Assembly: GCA_965248925.1 (NCBI GenBank)
Contig: CBDFLE010000006.1
Location: 5,120,001-5,184,000 of the forward strand
Reading direction: 5' to 3'
DNA length: 64,000 bases
From: Candidatus Multivoradales bacterium
GTDB lineage: Bacteria > Acidobacteriota > Thermoanaerobaculia > Multivoradales > J023
The notes beneath the pieces are model-generated. The model was given only the letters and a program-made list of their open reading frames with translations. It was not told the origin of the DNA and searched no databases. Each line of letters begins with the position of its first letter. Position 1 is the stretch's first letter. Both the position numbers and the translations under genes were made by a program. Below, piece after piece: positions 50,401 through 60,396 of this stretch.

Positions 50401-51211
50401 TGAGCGCTTCGCGGTGGCGGTCTGCCCCGATCTCTATGGCGACTATGGCGACCTACCGAAGGAAGAATCGGGCGACAATATCTACCATTCGACTCCCTAC
50501 CCGAAGGATAAGATGATCTTGTTCCACAACGAGAGTTCGCATCTGGAGCGCTGGCCGATACGCCAGTTCTTCTCCTGCGTCGTCGCCTCTACCAGCGGTG
50601 GTGAGACCCCGATCGTCGATTGCCGGCAGCTCTATCGCCACCTCGACCCGGTGCTGCGCCAGCGCTTCGAGGAGCAGGGTCTACGCTATGTTCGCAACTT
50701 CACTCCCGGGCTCGATGTCAGCTGGCAGGATTTCCTCAAGACCGAAGATCGGCAGCAAGCCGAGCACCAGATGGCGGCGCGGGGCCTGGGCTTCGAATGG
50801 AAAGAGGGGGGCGGGCTCCGCATCTGGAAGCGGGCACCAGCGATCGTCCAGCATCCGGACACCGGCACAGCACTGTTCTTCAACCAGATCCAGCTCCACC
50901 ATGTGGCCTATTTGGACGAAGAGGTGCGCTCTAGCCTGCTAGCTCTGTATGCGGTGGAAGATCTGCCGCGCAATGTCTATTTTGGTGATGGTTCGCCGAT
51001 CGAAGACGAGGTAGCGCAGGCCATTCTCGAGCTCTATTGGCGGCACTCGGTGAGTTTCCGCTGGCAAGAGGGCGACATCGTGATGCTCGACAACATGCTC
51101 ATCGCGCATGCTCGCAATCCTTTCGAGGGTGAGCGCAAGATCATCGTTGCGATGGGGCGGATGTTCGCCCAGGAAGACCTCACCAGCACCGCAGTTGGTG
51201 AGCGGAGCTAG
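29423..51211 (+). CDS. NRPS4, 7262 aa: docking-C-A(Thr)-T-C(modAA)-A(hydrophobic)-T-C-A(Ala)-T-C-A(Lys)-T-C-A(unknown)-T-C-A(Asn)-T-C-TauD-like Fe(II)/2-oxoglutarate beta-hydroxylase
   Basis: Seven C, six A and six T motif sets. Manual codes: DFWNIGMVHK, DALVMGVTYK, DLFNNALTYK, DAEDIGTIVK, DAEIAGLISK and DLTKVGEVGK. The C-terminal ~310 aa carry GAALFRGF, FHNESSH, GGETPIVD and DNMLIAHAR (H-x-E...H facial triad). ATGA overlap with NRPS3. Confidence 0.96.
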   Translation: MSRRQLEERLRQLPAAKRQQLLGLMRQRATADRLSEKIPRRRQDGPSPLSFAQQRLWFLDRLTPDNAAYNLPFAVRLEGQLEVAELEAAILEVVSRHQVLRSRFSTVGGQPRQQPAAMAEVGLARVDLGRLTEAAGDRELARRLNDEASRPFDLQAELPFRACLVELRKHHHVVLFTLHHIAADGWSMGNLSAEVAALYGALVAGEESDLTALEVQYSDYAAWQRETLEGEVLQAQLDYWRQCLSGAPQVLELPTDRPRPATQSLRGSFRKLQLGTDLAVALEGLAQASEVTSFMLLMAAFQTLLSRYCGQTDLVVGSPVANRGRPELEPLIGYFVNNLALRSDLSGNPVFADLLASTKTSVLAAFDHQEVPFEKLIDEFGLERSLSYPPLFQVVFALQAAAPEPIAIPGGLRMSAIDLDSYSAKFELTLSMQRSKDGFHGGLEYATDLFDSTTVDRLLGAFANLLRGLVKQSRARLWELPLLSASECWQVRTEWSGGGLDLVPRNNLIDCFAARVANGPERLAVACGRRSLSYGELDRRSTELAAELVERGALPGQRIALCVERDVELAVGILGILKAGCAYLPIDSKLPAERLRFLLEDAAAELVVADRAASTAALPTSVVAPVRVDRLTAAKVTDWRPVSVPPEAPAYVIYTSGSTGRPKGVVVSHANVLRLFDASERWFNFDASDVWTLFHSYSFDFSVWEFWGALLYGGRLEVVPYSVSRSPADFRALLTERGVTVLNQTPSAFRQLIQADEQVGGTAALRLRWVIFGGEALEPRSLAGWVERHGDGHSDGGVVGRRGPRLINMYGITETTVHVTYRRLTRREIELGFGSVIGVPIPDLQTLVLDHRGGLVPIGVAGELQIAGGGVASGYLHRAALTAMRFVPDPYSRKAGSRLYRSGDLGRWSGRGELEYLGRIDLQVKVRGFRIELGEIEAALAAHARVAEAVVVARREGGERQRLVAYVVGDEQLPSVGELRSFLADSLPEHMLPAHIVALAAMPLTANGKLDRGALPAPSEERPDLVAEYIEPRTAAEAVLCRVWAEVLGIEKVGINDNFFALGGDSILSLRAVALAGEAGVPVALPDLFRFQTVAELGEKIGDALEQFEERPATAPFSLLSEAQRAALPDDVVDAYPLTYLQSGMLFHMELTPEEPLYHNVDSWHLRGRFEFAPFRLAVDRVVARHPILRTSFDLEAAEEPLQRVHRQARLPISVIDFRGLPSDLQELRIQSFLGQQKRCLLDFSRPPQLRFYIHLRSAETFQFTLIENHAILDGWSLHSTLAEMFELFFALLDGDDPAIEPPLSLTFREFVERERQALESQETIDYWQRQLADLTLPELPSWPLDAVFEAPRIRSHEVPLEAALFDRLVALQRIAGVPIKSIFLSAHLKVLSLTTGRHEVFTGLASNGRLEEAEGDQVRGLFLNLPPLRLRLQGGSWVQLARQVFAAETELLPHRLYPQAALQRQFGQRALVDISFNYMHFHVIGELLLSDRVEVLDSTNLGGTNFKLTANFAQNMEGSQAGLILEYDSQALPPAQAAAIGELYGKVLAAMAGEPGGSHQMLDYLRPSDRHRLLVELNDTGSDYEDQLSVPQLFAQQVDARPDAIAIGAGSTQLSYGELDRRARRIAHQLIDLGVELEDPVGVCLRRSPELIVALLAVVKAGGVYIALDPEYPVERLRLMIEDTAMAVLVTASDLSERLPSGAAQLLLIDRAEHGTSAAVRRSSPLIDALPVEGLCLLIYTSGSTGQPKASGTTHRGVVSLVRGGSHYAELLPTDTMLQQAPVSFDASVLEIWGMLLNGGRVGIGSADQLDLDEVATALIAQRVTVQVLTSGLFRLLAEERLDSLAGLRDLMTGGEAASVPHMRKVLRAYPRLRLSNVYGPSENSTYSAVQMTRPWHLGAASMPIGTPVSNRTVLVLDGFLRLVASGVPGRLYVGGHGLARGYWRRPGMTASVFVPHPYSRQRGERLYDTGDLARLLADGSLDFLGRQDHQVKIRGFRIEPGEVAVALMELPEVGDAVVVVSQGDTEKHLVAYVVPTAPVADLERCLHAALATKLPTYMLPSAIVELASLPLSPNGKLDREALPAPRSRNLASPLVRLPESAAEKLLAEIWQEVLVVDGLGVDENFFELGGHSLLATRVISRLRRSLNIELPLSALFEEPTIGGLARLLERDTQNALGASRRIERRAAGQEQAPSFGQRRLWFIDQLKPGNPVYNIANALRLEGQVDSAVLVYSIERLVERHQVLRTVFHEIDGQPVLEVRPPGTLTLPEIDLSGLPTASQWPVVRELAAGEASAPFDLGSDSVLRVTLLRLAADDQVLLLVVHHIAADGWSMDLMIHEISAHYSAAAAGQQAPLPELPIQYADFAAWQQELLSSAVGEQQLQFWHRTLDQAPALLELPLDRPRPAVQRHRGARYDFQVPAALSAALRDLGQQLGATPFMILLTAFKVLLARHSGQSDISIGTPIAGRRMSEAENLIGLFANTLVLRNTLQPANSFSSLVAAIRATTLDAYENQDLPFERLVEELKPERSLAFSPLFQVFFVWLDAAVGGQPAAVEALRWSSVETGHTTSMFDLALTMHERQGAFVGEFVFDTDLFEASTVQRLAERFRVLLDSAVARPGMLIAELSLLPGAEVEQLLLQLAPGAPPVGTRPRFLHQFFGCQAALTPAAVAVVHGDRHWTYAELDQRATEIAAGLQARGVGPEVLVAVCVERGAELVAALLGVLKAGGGYLPLDSAYPTSRLRATLQDSRATLLLVDDEATAKRLEGTVQWLLVSTVVADPDRWLAMDLDPDQLAYSIYTSGSTGRPKGIGITHGSAAQLVAWASAEFSAAELEAVLASTSVCFDLSVFEIFVPLSVGGRVVMVSDALELAEGGAGATVTLINSVPSAISELNRLEAIPPTVRTLNLAGEPLRGELLRSLYEGSSVERVLNLYGPSEDTTYSTWAQPLRASSEEPPIGRPISGSSVFLLDPLGQLVPIGVVGELLLAGAGLARGYLGRPALTAERFVPDGVSGRSSARMYRSGDLARWRVNGELEFLGRLDHQVKVRGFRIELGEIEVALSEVGGVDSMVVVAEGSAEARRLVAYVTGRLEVEELRRQLSRRLPAYMVPEVFVVLEALPLNVNGKIDRDCLPSPAAELVARGMVSRLPESPTELRLAAIWQEVLELGEVGAEESFFTLGGHSLLATRVISRVRTEFAAELPLRSLFETPTIAGLARQVDLARQPTTLPALRPLLRGGPLPLSFAQQRLWFIDQLEPGNLVFNIPIVLHAEGPLEVAALAACFTEVVRRHEVLRTTFATEDGEPVQVVARPRPVSLPLIDLCALRAADRQQQTDRATDLCERRPFNLATGPLVRCALIRMEQGQHQLQVTLHHIVSDAWTLEVLYQEVAALYHAFSQRQPSPLAELPLQYADYAGWQRQWLRGEALEQRLDFWRHTLAGAPPLLELPYDRPRPAMQSHRGGYHRFTLSQQVAATVGKLGQSLTATPFIILLALFKGLLARYSGAIDLVVGTPVAGRDHLELERLIGCFINTLVLRTDLSGDPSSRQLVQRVREVFLAADAHQQVPFEKLVEELGVERSLTHSPLFQVMFLQPRSALVSSSPNEAETRPDASREELSWRVVERAGETSQFDLTLSVQEDAAGGLVGTLEYCLDLFEPSTMERLARHYSNWVAGALADPELTLSQLSMLSPVERYQLRFERALGGSTGSVPWSTVQQGIWQQARCAPQRLALVADDVQLSYAELVGAAARLGERLRLLGVGPEVAVALSVERSPEMVVAVLAVLAAGGFYVPLDPALPTARCEWIVDQARPRVLLTRAALRQRFAVGEAEVLLLDDVLSAPAAAGDATVAELPLPAAGESAVYAIFTSGSTGRPKGVLVSHQSLANYTAVASQVFVVSAEDRVLQLASLSFDASAEEIFPALTRGATLVLRDEAMMGSARAFFAACRRQRVTVLDLPTALWHELMQAMEEEDLTLPGTLRLVILGGEAAQSEPWAIWRRRVGSRVRLVNTYGPTESTIVATHWQLGRRAWLASDGEMPMGRPVAGCATYLAGRRLQLVPPGVDGELLIGGRGVARCYLGQPALTAERFVPNPFSDRPGDRLYRSGDLARWRSDGALRFIGRLDQQIKIRGFRVELGEIENVLAAHPQVREAALRMFEDPRGARLVAYVVGTAKATDLRQFLAARLPDYMVPAQFVDLERLPLNTMGKLDRQALPQPRPVDGVGSGYSAPRGAIEQGLAEIWQDVLGVEQVGRSDDFFALGGHSLLATRVIARLRRLLGVEPPLRLLFEAPVLAQQAASLGEFGGRAQAPPIEPQSRDQPLVVSFAQQRLWLIDQLDPGSAAYNMPIAMRVEGELDIAALGWALSEMMRRHEVLRSRFVGVKGVARQRVDPPPPPFLPLIDLSGLTGADRRCSTLGRVAEEAATPFDLARGPLLRALVLRLAEQQHAILITVHHIVSDGWSMELMSREMIALYGAGSNGRPSPLAELPIQYGDFAIWQRRWLAGEVMDAELAYWRRQLAGAPPVLELPLDRPRPALQSSAGAHFGCRLDADTGSAVRRLARELGATPFMVMLAAYGGLLARHSNQLDLCIGTPVAGRGRLELEPLIGFFVNTLVLRADCSGDPSGALLVERTKEAVLAADQHQNVPFDKLVEELAVERSLSTSPLFQVMFALQNAALEAPRPALPGNEPNRWEALELPGQSAQFDLTLTVFDGDDMAVDIEYRSSLFDPTTIERMAGHYRNLVRALLVAPQRSWSLLTMLSAAERCQLMVELQGPEGASDEGSLVHQRFQAQARRCPEAVAVVHAGGELTYAELAQASAELATCLCQQGVGPEVAVALVVERGPEMIVAVLGIAEAGGFYVPIDPSLPAERQAFMLDEVRPSVLVTQSHLRPDLPPHGATIVLLDPPTAEQERRVAGRVIGRLDPENPAYTIYTSGSTGRPKGVVIRHGALAEYIETTVEKYGLRPGDRVLQFSSVSFDASVEEIYSPLVCGATLVLRDEDMLSSVAAFLDRCERWRLTVLILTTAYWHELAVALDREDLELPPLVRLLAIGGEAALAEAWSSWSRRVDPRVRLINLWGTTETTISTTQWQVRGLPSHGTSEMPIGRPLRNYRTYLCGRYLEPVPLGVSGEALIGGSGLARGFFGRPRLTAQRFIPDPFACLSGSRLYRTGDLARWTPDGVLEFAGRIDLQVKVRGFRVELGEIESVLMSHPAVREAAVTLRDEVAGDQRLVAYLTGAAATAEELRAHLADRLPAYMVPVAFVALEQLPQTALGKVDRRALPAPARKDLTAGLFVPPCGAMETAIASIWQEVLAVERVGRDDNFFALGGHSLLAARVISRLRQALGVEPPLRAIFESPTLADLAVSLEQLSADAGERIGRQQPGASQPLSYAQRRLWLIDQLEPGSAAYNIPTALRIEGQFEITVLSRGLTEVVRRHQVLRTRFESLGGIPQQVIEAAMAVALPLVELSALRPAERAAEEARWLAAEADQPFDLGRAPLLRGLVLRLAPECHAVALSVHHIASDGWSMELLTQEVSELYRAFAAGRPSPLEELQIQYADFAAWQRQQQSAEDLEAELSYWQERLAAAPPPLELPFDRPRPAIQSGRGAHSDRALAAPISRAVRRLAEAGEATLFIALLSGFQAFLGRLTGQLDFTVGTPVAGRDRLETEPLIGFFVNTLVLRADLTQQPNWEELLRRTRQRTLEALDHQTLPFEKLVEVLDPQRSLAYAPLFQVMFQLNSTAVAKPEVLDEVAAEAADGPRWSLLGAASSSTKFDLTLAVSELDEGLHLTLEYSTDLFEKTTIDRLLRGYEILLEGLAMEPELPFWQLPLLSPSERRQLLEEWSGAAAAVPEVEPLSVLFAARVQQFPQRLAVIDEYGSLSYRQLDQRAEQLAAYLRQLGAGAEVRVGLLSERSLDMVVALLAIAKTGSAYVPLDPAHPPARLVFVLADAAATIVVGEDGLLEGLELPPSVRHLVGFDSAKSALAGRSTVAVPAPYELESTAYVIYTSGSTGQPKGTMISQRSLSNYLLWAVAAYGAEQGGGSLVASSLAFDLTITSLLVPLISGTGVRLISAAAGALGLGEKLLEAADLSLLKLTPSQAQLIARQRSGAELEGRARCLVLGGEALSAEHFATWPSATRVVNEYGPTEATVGCILFETRPTVAEGAVPIGRPVAGARAHLLDRHASLVAPGVAGELYLGGPGLARGYVGRPALTAERFVPDPFTERPGERLYRSGDLARYLAAGELDFLGRCDQQIKLRGYRIEPGEIEALLAARPGVEEAFVMLEQNGERLLAYVAAGGEPPKAEELRQQLASRLPEYMVPSVIVVLPALPLTVNGKIDRRALPPPVAAPDADAALPAGQLEQLLAKIFAAVLGLDEVGREESFFALGGHSLLATQVVSRIRAAMAVELPLRELFEQPTVAGLAARVELAMADNLGLTAPPLVPAARDQPLPLSFTQRRLWFIDQLDTGSAAYNLPHVLRLRGELDVSALAWAFSTLVRRHEILRTSFGTEDEQPVQRVSPAAEWRLPRVDLGSLEVADGEHQARRLARQEGQRPFDLSRGPLLRTVLLDLAEEQHLLLVTMHHIASDAWSMQILSGEVGQLYQAAAARQPDSLPPLPIQYADYAVWQRQWLAGEVLEQMLETWTGKLRGAPRRLDLPFDRPRPEVPSLRGGSQPFVLPAALAGELRGLGAAADCTLFMTLLACLYALLYRLTGQPDLVVGTDLANRNRAETEGLIGFFVNILPLRLDLSGGLSFRQLLTRVRLETLSALTHQDLPFDQLVMALSPERSLAPSPLFDVLFVNQTEGRTPVAESSEGAGEAAEPPSLTFEPMVPEFAVSRFELALFVGEDGGTIAGAWDFQLDLFDPSTIATLSSRFETLIASIVALPDAPIDALEYHTAAERLEQDMQRQQRQAKSFSKFKKIKPKAVSLTSDAELVATSYLSEDSRLPVVFQPTQPDVDLVEWAAAHRQQIEDRVRRHGAALFRGFGGPSVERFERFAVAVCPDLYGDYGDLPKEESGDNIYHSTPYPKDKMILFHNESSHLERWPIRQFFSCVVASTSGGETPIVDCRQLYRHLDPVLRQRFEEQGLRYVRNFTPGLDVSWQDFLKTEDRQQAEHQMAARGLGFEWKEGGGLRIWKRAPAIVQHPDTGTALFFNQIQLHHVAYLDEEVRSSLLALYAVEDLPRNVYFGDGSPIEDEVAQAILELYWRHSVSFRWQEGDIVMLDNMLIAHARNPFEGERKIIVAMGRMFAQEDLTSTAVGERS
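50230..51180 (+). other. NRPS-fused TauD/SyrP-like aspartyl beta-hydroxylase domain (approximate limits)
   Basis: HNE at 50525-50533 and distal His (IAHAR) at 51107. It is fused after a terminal C domain and directly upstream of an I-A(Asp) protein, the arrangement described for fused beta-hydroxylases in siderophore NRPSs (Reitz et al. 2019, PNAS). Confidence 0.85.
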
Positions 51212-51218
51212 CGCGATT

Positions 51219-55788
<4,570 letters not shown>

Positions 55789-55796
<8 letters not shown>

Positions 55797-58700
55797 TCTA
55801 CCGGTAGAAGGTTTCAGGGCTTCGCCGCAGCAGCGCCGGTTGTGGCCGGCGATGCGTCACGGCGCCGAATTGAGGGTCCAAGGGGCGCTGACCATCCGTG
55901 GCCAGCTCGAACTCGAAGTGCTGCGCCGGGCGCTGGCGACGCGGGTCGAAAAGCACGAGATCTTGCGCACCACGTTCTTCCTACCGCCTGGCCTGCGCAC
56001 ACCGTTGCAGGTGGTGGGTGAAGACGCGGCCTACGAATTGTGCCAGCTGGCCGCCGAAGAGTCGTTGTCGCAATTGCTCGCGGCAGAGCGCTCGCGGCCC
56101 TTCCACCTGCGCTCGGGGCCCCTGTTGCGGGTTGCTTGGGTCAGCCATTCCCCGGCTCATAGCTGGCTGGTGCTGACCCTGCCGGCGCTGTGTGCGGATC
56201 GCCGCAGCCTTGACAATTTGCTCGTTGAATTGGCCGCGGAGCTGAGTGGCACTAGTCCGGTGCTTGCCGCCGCCGCCGATCAGGCCGACAACGAGACACT
56301 GCAATATGCCGATTTCGCTGCTTGGCTGGAACAGCTCGTAGACGATCCGGACGACGATGCAGTGCCTTTGGCAGCAGCTTTCTGGCAGCCTCTGATCGAT
56401 CATGAAGCCGCCGCGGCTCACTTGCCTGGGCAGGGGAATGCGGCCGCAGCTGGAACCTTCGTGCCACAGCGCCTCACTCTCGAAATGCAACCGGCGCTCG
56501 GCCAGGCCCTGGACGAGTGGCGGGGGAGCACAGCCGGGCAACAGGCGGTGGGTGATTGGGTGCTCGTCGCCTGGCACACTTTGCTGTGGCGGTTAACCGG
56601 CACGTCGGTCCGGGTTGGCGAAGTGGTCCTGGGCCGAACCGACGCTGAACTCGACGCCATGATCGGACCGCTTGAATGTTGTTTGCCGCTGGCTTGCTGT
56701 CCAGCAGACACACTCAGCGGTAGCGAGTTCGTCGATCTGTGCCGCGAGGCCCGGCGCCAGACCGATGAGTGGCAGGACTATGCTGATCTGGATCGGCTGC
56801 AGGAATGCCAGTTTTCGTTCGAAGAAACCGCGGCTCCGGTCGCCTTGGCCAGCAGCCGAGGACTGAGTTGCGAGTGGTTGGCCAGCTGGTCTTGCGGAGG
56901 GTTATTCACCGCGCGGTTGGTCTGTGAGACGGCCGAGAACCAGCTGCAGGCCCTGCGGCTGTTCTACGATCCGCGGCAGCTGGACGAGGGCCAGGCAACC
57001 GTCTTGGGCGCGCGTCTGCAGCGGTTGCTCGCCGCTCTCTTGCGCTCCCCAGAGCGCCGGTTGACGGAACTCGAGTTGCTCGGTGTCCCCGAGCAGCGGC
57101 GGCTGATGGTGGATTTCCAAGGTGCTCCAGTGAGCGCGCGTCTCTTACCGCTCGACCGACGTCTGGAAGCGCTGGCGGCTGAACGACCGATGGCTCCAGC
57201 GCTGATCTGTGGCGCCCAGCGCTTGACCTATGGCGAGCTGTTCGGGCGGGTCGAAACGCTGAGCGAACGCTTGAGACAGCAAGGTGTCGGCCCGGAGGAC
57301 CGGGTGGCGATCCATGCCGAGCGCTCGGCCGATCTGGTGGTGGCGATCTTCGCCATTTTCCGTGCCGGTGCCGCCTATGTGGTGCTCGAGCCGGGCTCTC
57401 CCGCGGATCGGCTGGCCGCTGCTGTGGCCGACAGCCGGCCCCGGGTGCTGCTCACCGAGAGCGCTCAGCCGGTGCTTGGCGAGTCTTTCGAGGGAGCGGT
57501 GCTGCTGCTCGACGATGCTGCGTCGGATCCGTCGCCTGCTGCCGGTCCACCGCCGGTGAATGCCGGCTCGGCGCTGGAGCAACTGGCCTACGTGCTGTTC
57601 ACCTCGGGCTCGACCGGGCGGCCAAAAGGGGTGGCGATCGAACATCGGGCACTGGCCAGCTATGTCGCGGCGGTCATCTCGCGGCTCGAGTTGCAGGACG
57701 GCTGGCGCTACGCCATGGTGTCGACTTTCGCCGCCGACCTCGGTCACACCATGCTCTATCCGGCGCTGGCCAGTGGTGGATGTCTGCATGTGATCAGCGC
57801 TGAGATGGCTGCCAGCCCGGACACTCTGGCCGACTACATGGAAGCGCAGGAGATCGACTGTCTGAAGATCGTGCCCTCCCATCTCAAGGCCCTGCTGTCG
57901 ATGTCACGGCCGGGTCGAGTGTTGCCGCGGCGCCGGCTGGTGCTGGGGGGTGAAGCGTTGAGCCGCGAGTTACCAGAGCGGCTTGACGAACTAGCGGCGC
58001 GCTGCCGGGTGTTCAATCACTATGGCCCTACCGAGACCACTGTGGGGGTGCTCGCCGGAGCCGCTTCAGTGCGGCTCGAGGGCGCCGCTACGGTACCTCT
58101 GGGACGGCCGCTCGACGGTGCCCGGGCCATCCTCCTGGACCGTTGGGGAGGGGCGGTAGCCGAAGGCGTAGTCGGTGAGATTCACCTTGGCGGCAGCAGC
58201 CTGGCGCGCTGCTATTGGTGCCGCCCAGCCTGGACTGCGGAGCGTTTTGTGCCAGATCGCTGGAGCGGCGCCAGCGGTGAGCGCTTGTATCGCACCGGCG
58301 ATCTGGCCAAGCAAGTGCGCGACACCAGCGACGGCCTAGTGATGGCATTCGTCGGCCGCACGGATTCACAAGTCAAGCTGCGTGGTTTCCGCATCGAGCT
58401 GGGCGAGGTCGAGGCGGCGTTGCGTCAGCTGAACGAGGTGCGCGATGCGGTGGCGGTGATCCGCCGTGATGTGGATACCGAAGTTCGTCTGGTGGCCTAC
58501 GTGGTGTTTCGCCAGCGACGTCTGCAGCTGATCGATGGTTGGCGCCAAACCCTGGCGGCGAGCTTGCCGGACTACATGGTGCCGGTGGCAATGGTAGCGC
58601 TCGATGCCTTGCCATTGACCGCCAATGGCAAAGTCGACCGCGCCGCCCTACCGGCGCCCGAGCGCATCCGCTCGCTGGCGGAGAACTATGTGGTTCCCCA

Positions 58701-60396
58701 GGGAGAGGCTGAGTGCTTGCTGGCCGAGGTGTGGGAAGAGGTTCTTGGTATGGAACGGATTGGTAGCGAGGACAACTTTTTCGAACTCGGTGGTGACTCG
58801 ATCTTGGCCATTCAGGTGATCGCCCGCGCCAGCCGTGCCGGCCTGACTGTCGATCCCAGGCAAATCTTCCAGTATCAGACCATAGCCGAACTCGCTTTAG
58901 TGGCGGTGGAAGGAGCCGGACCGGTGGTGGCCGAGCAGGGTTTGGTAGCGGGGATGGCACCGCTAACACCGATCCAGCAGTGGTTTTTCGCTCAGGGTTT
59001 CGAACAGCCGCAGCATTGGAATCAGAGCTTGATGTTCGACAGCCCCAAGCCCCTCGAAGTAGGAGTGCTAGGGGCCGCGATAAGCGGGTTGATGGATCAT
59101 CACGACGCGCTCCGCTCACGTTTCCAGATCAGCGAGGAGCGCCAGCAGCAGATCTTTGAGCGCTCAGCACCCGAACAGGGGAGAGTGACTCATCTCGACC
59201 TCTCGCGGCTGCGGGCCGAGGAGGGTAGTGGCCAGATTTCCTCGCTGGCGGCCCAAGCCCAGGCCGCCCTCGATCTGCGGTGCGGACCGGTGTTGCGCGC
59301 CATCTACTTCGAGATCGGCGGCGAGGTTGGCCACCGGCTGTTGTTGGTGATACACCATCTGGTGATCGATGGCGTTTCTTGGCGGGTCTTGTTCGAGGAT
59401 CTGGCGGCGCTCTACGGTCAGCTGGCCAGTGGCCAGGCGCCGAGCCTGCCGGCCAAGACGACCTCCTACAAGAGCTGGGCCGAGAAGTCCGTTGCCCACG
59501 TCGCCGCCGGTGCCCTCGACCAAGAGCTGGAGTTCTGGCGGGCGGCGCGGCCCCTAGGCTCAGCAGGGCTGCCTCTCGATTTTCCGTCCGGCGACAACAG
59601 CCTGATGTCTGCTGATGGGGTGGTCGTAGAACTCGACGCCGATCTCACTCGCTCCCTGTTGCAGGAGGTACCGGCAGCATACGGCACCGAGATCAACGAT
59701 CTGCTGCTGAGCGCCCTCCTACTCACCTTGAGCGGCGGCGCTGGCGACCGCGAACTCTTGCTCGAGATGGAAGGGCATGGCCGTGAGATGGTCTTCGCCG
59801 ATGTCGATCTGTCGCGAACCGTCGGTTGGTTCACCACCCACTACCCAGTGCTGCTGCGCGGGCCCGTTGGCGCAGATCTGGGTGCCACGTTAATCGCGGT
59901 CAAGGAGAACTTGCGCCAGCTGCCGGCCCGCGGAATCGGCTACGGCATGCTGCGCTACCTGCGCCCGGCTGACGCCGTTGGCGAAGGGCTGGGTGCCCAG
60001 CCGGAGCCGACGCTGAGTTTCAACTACCTGGGACAGCTGGATTCGGCGGTCGATCAAGCCGCCGGATTTTTGCAGCCGGCCGCTGAGGACACCGGACCCT
60101 CGTCGTATGTCGGCAGCCATCGGTACCGCCAGCTAGAGATCAGCGTCATGGTCATCGGTGGCAAATTGCGCAGCAACTGGATCTTCAGCAAGGAACTGCA
60201 CCGGCGGGCCACCATCGAAGGCTGGGCCGGTGATTTCCTCAACCACTTGAAGGTGCTGATCGAGCATTGTCTGTCGCCCGCGGTGGGTGCGCACACACCT
60301 TCGGATTTTCCTCTGGCCGGACTCGACCAAGACAGTCTGGAGCAGATCTCGAAGTTGCTTGGCGAGAATGACGATCTTTGGGAGGAAGCCGGTTGA
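55789..60396 (+). CDS. NRPS6, about 1535 aa: interface (I) domain-A(Asp)-T-E plus COM donor
   Basis: Starts MSSLPVEGFRASPQQRRLW and has LPALCADRRS. Asp code DLTKVGHVGK, T motif GGDSI. Epimerase motifs PLTPIQQWF, HHLVIDGVSW, EGHGRE, RTVGWFT and FNYLGQ, then the TPSDFPLA COM tail. Overlaps NRPS5 by 8 nt. Confidence 0.95.
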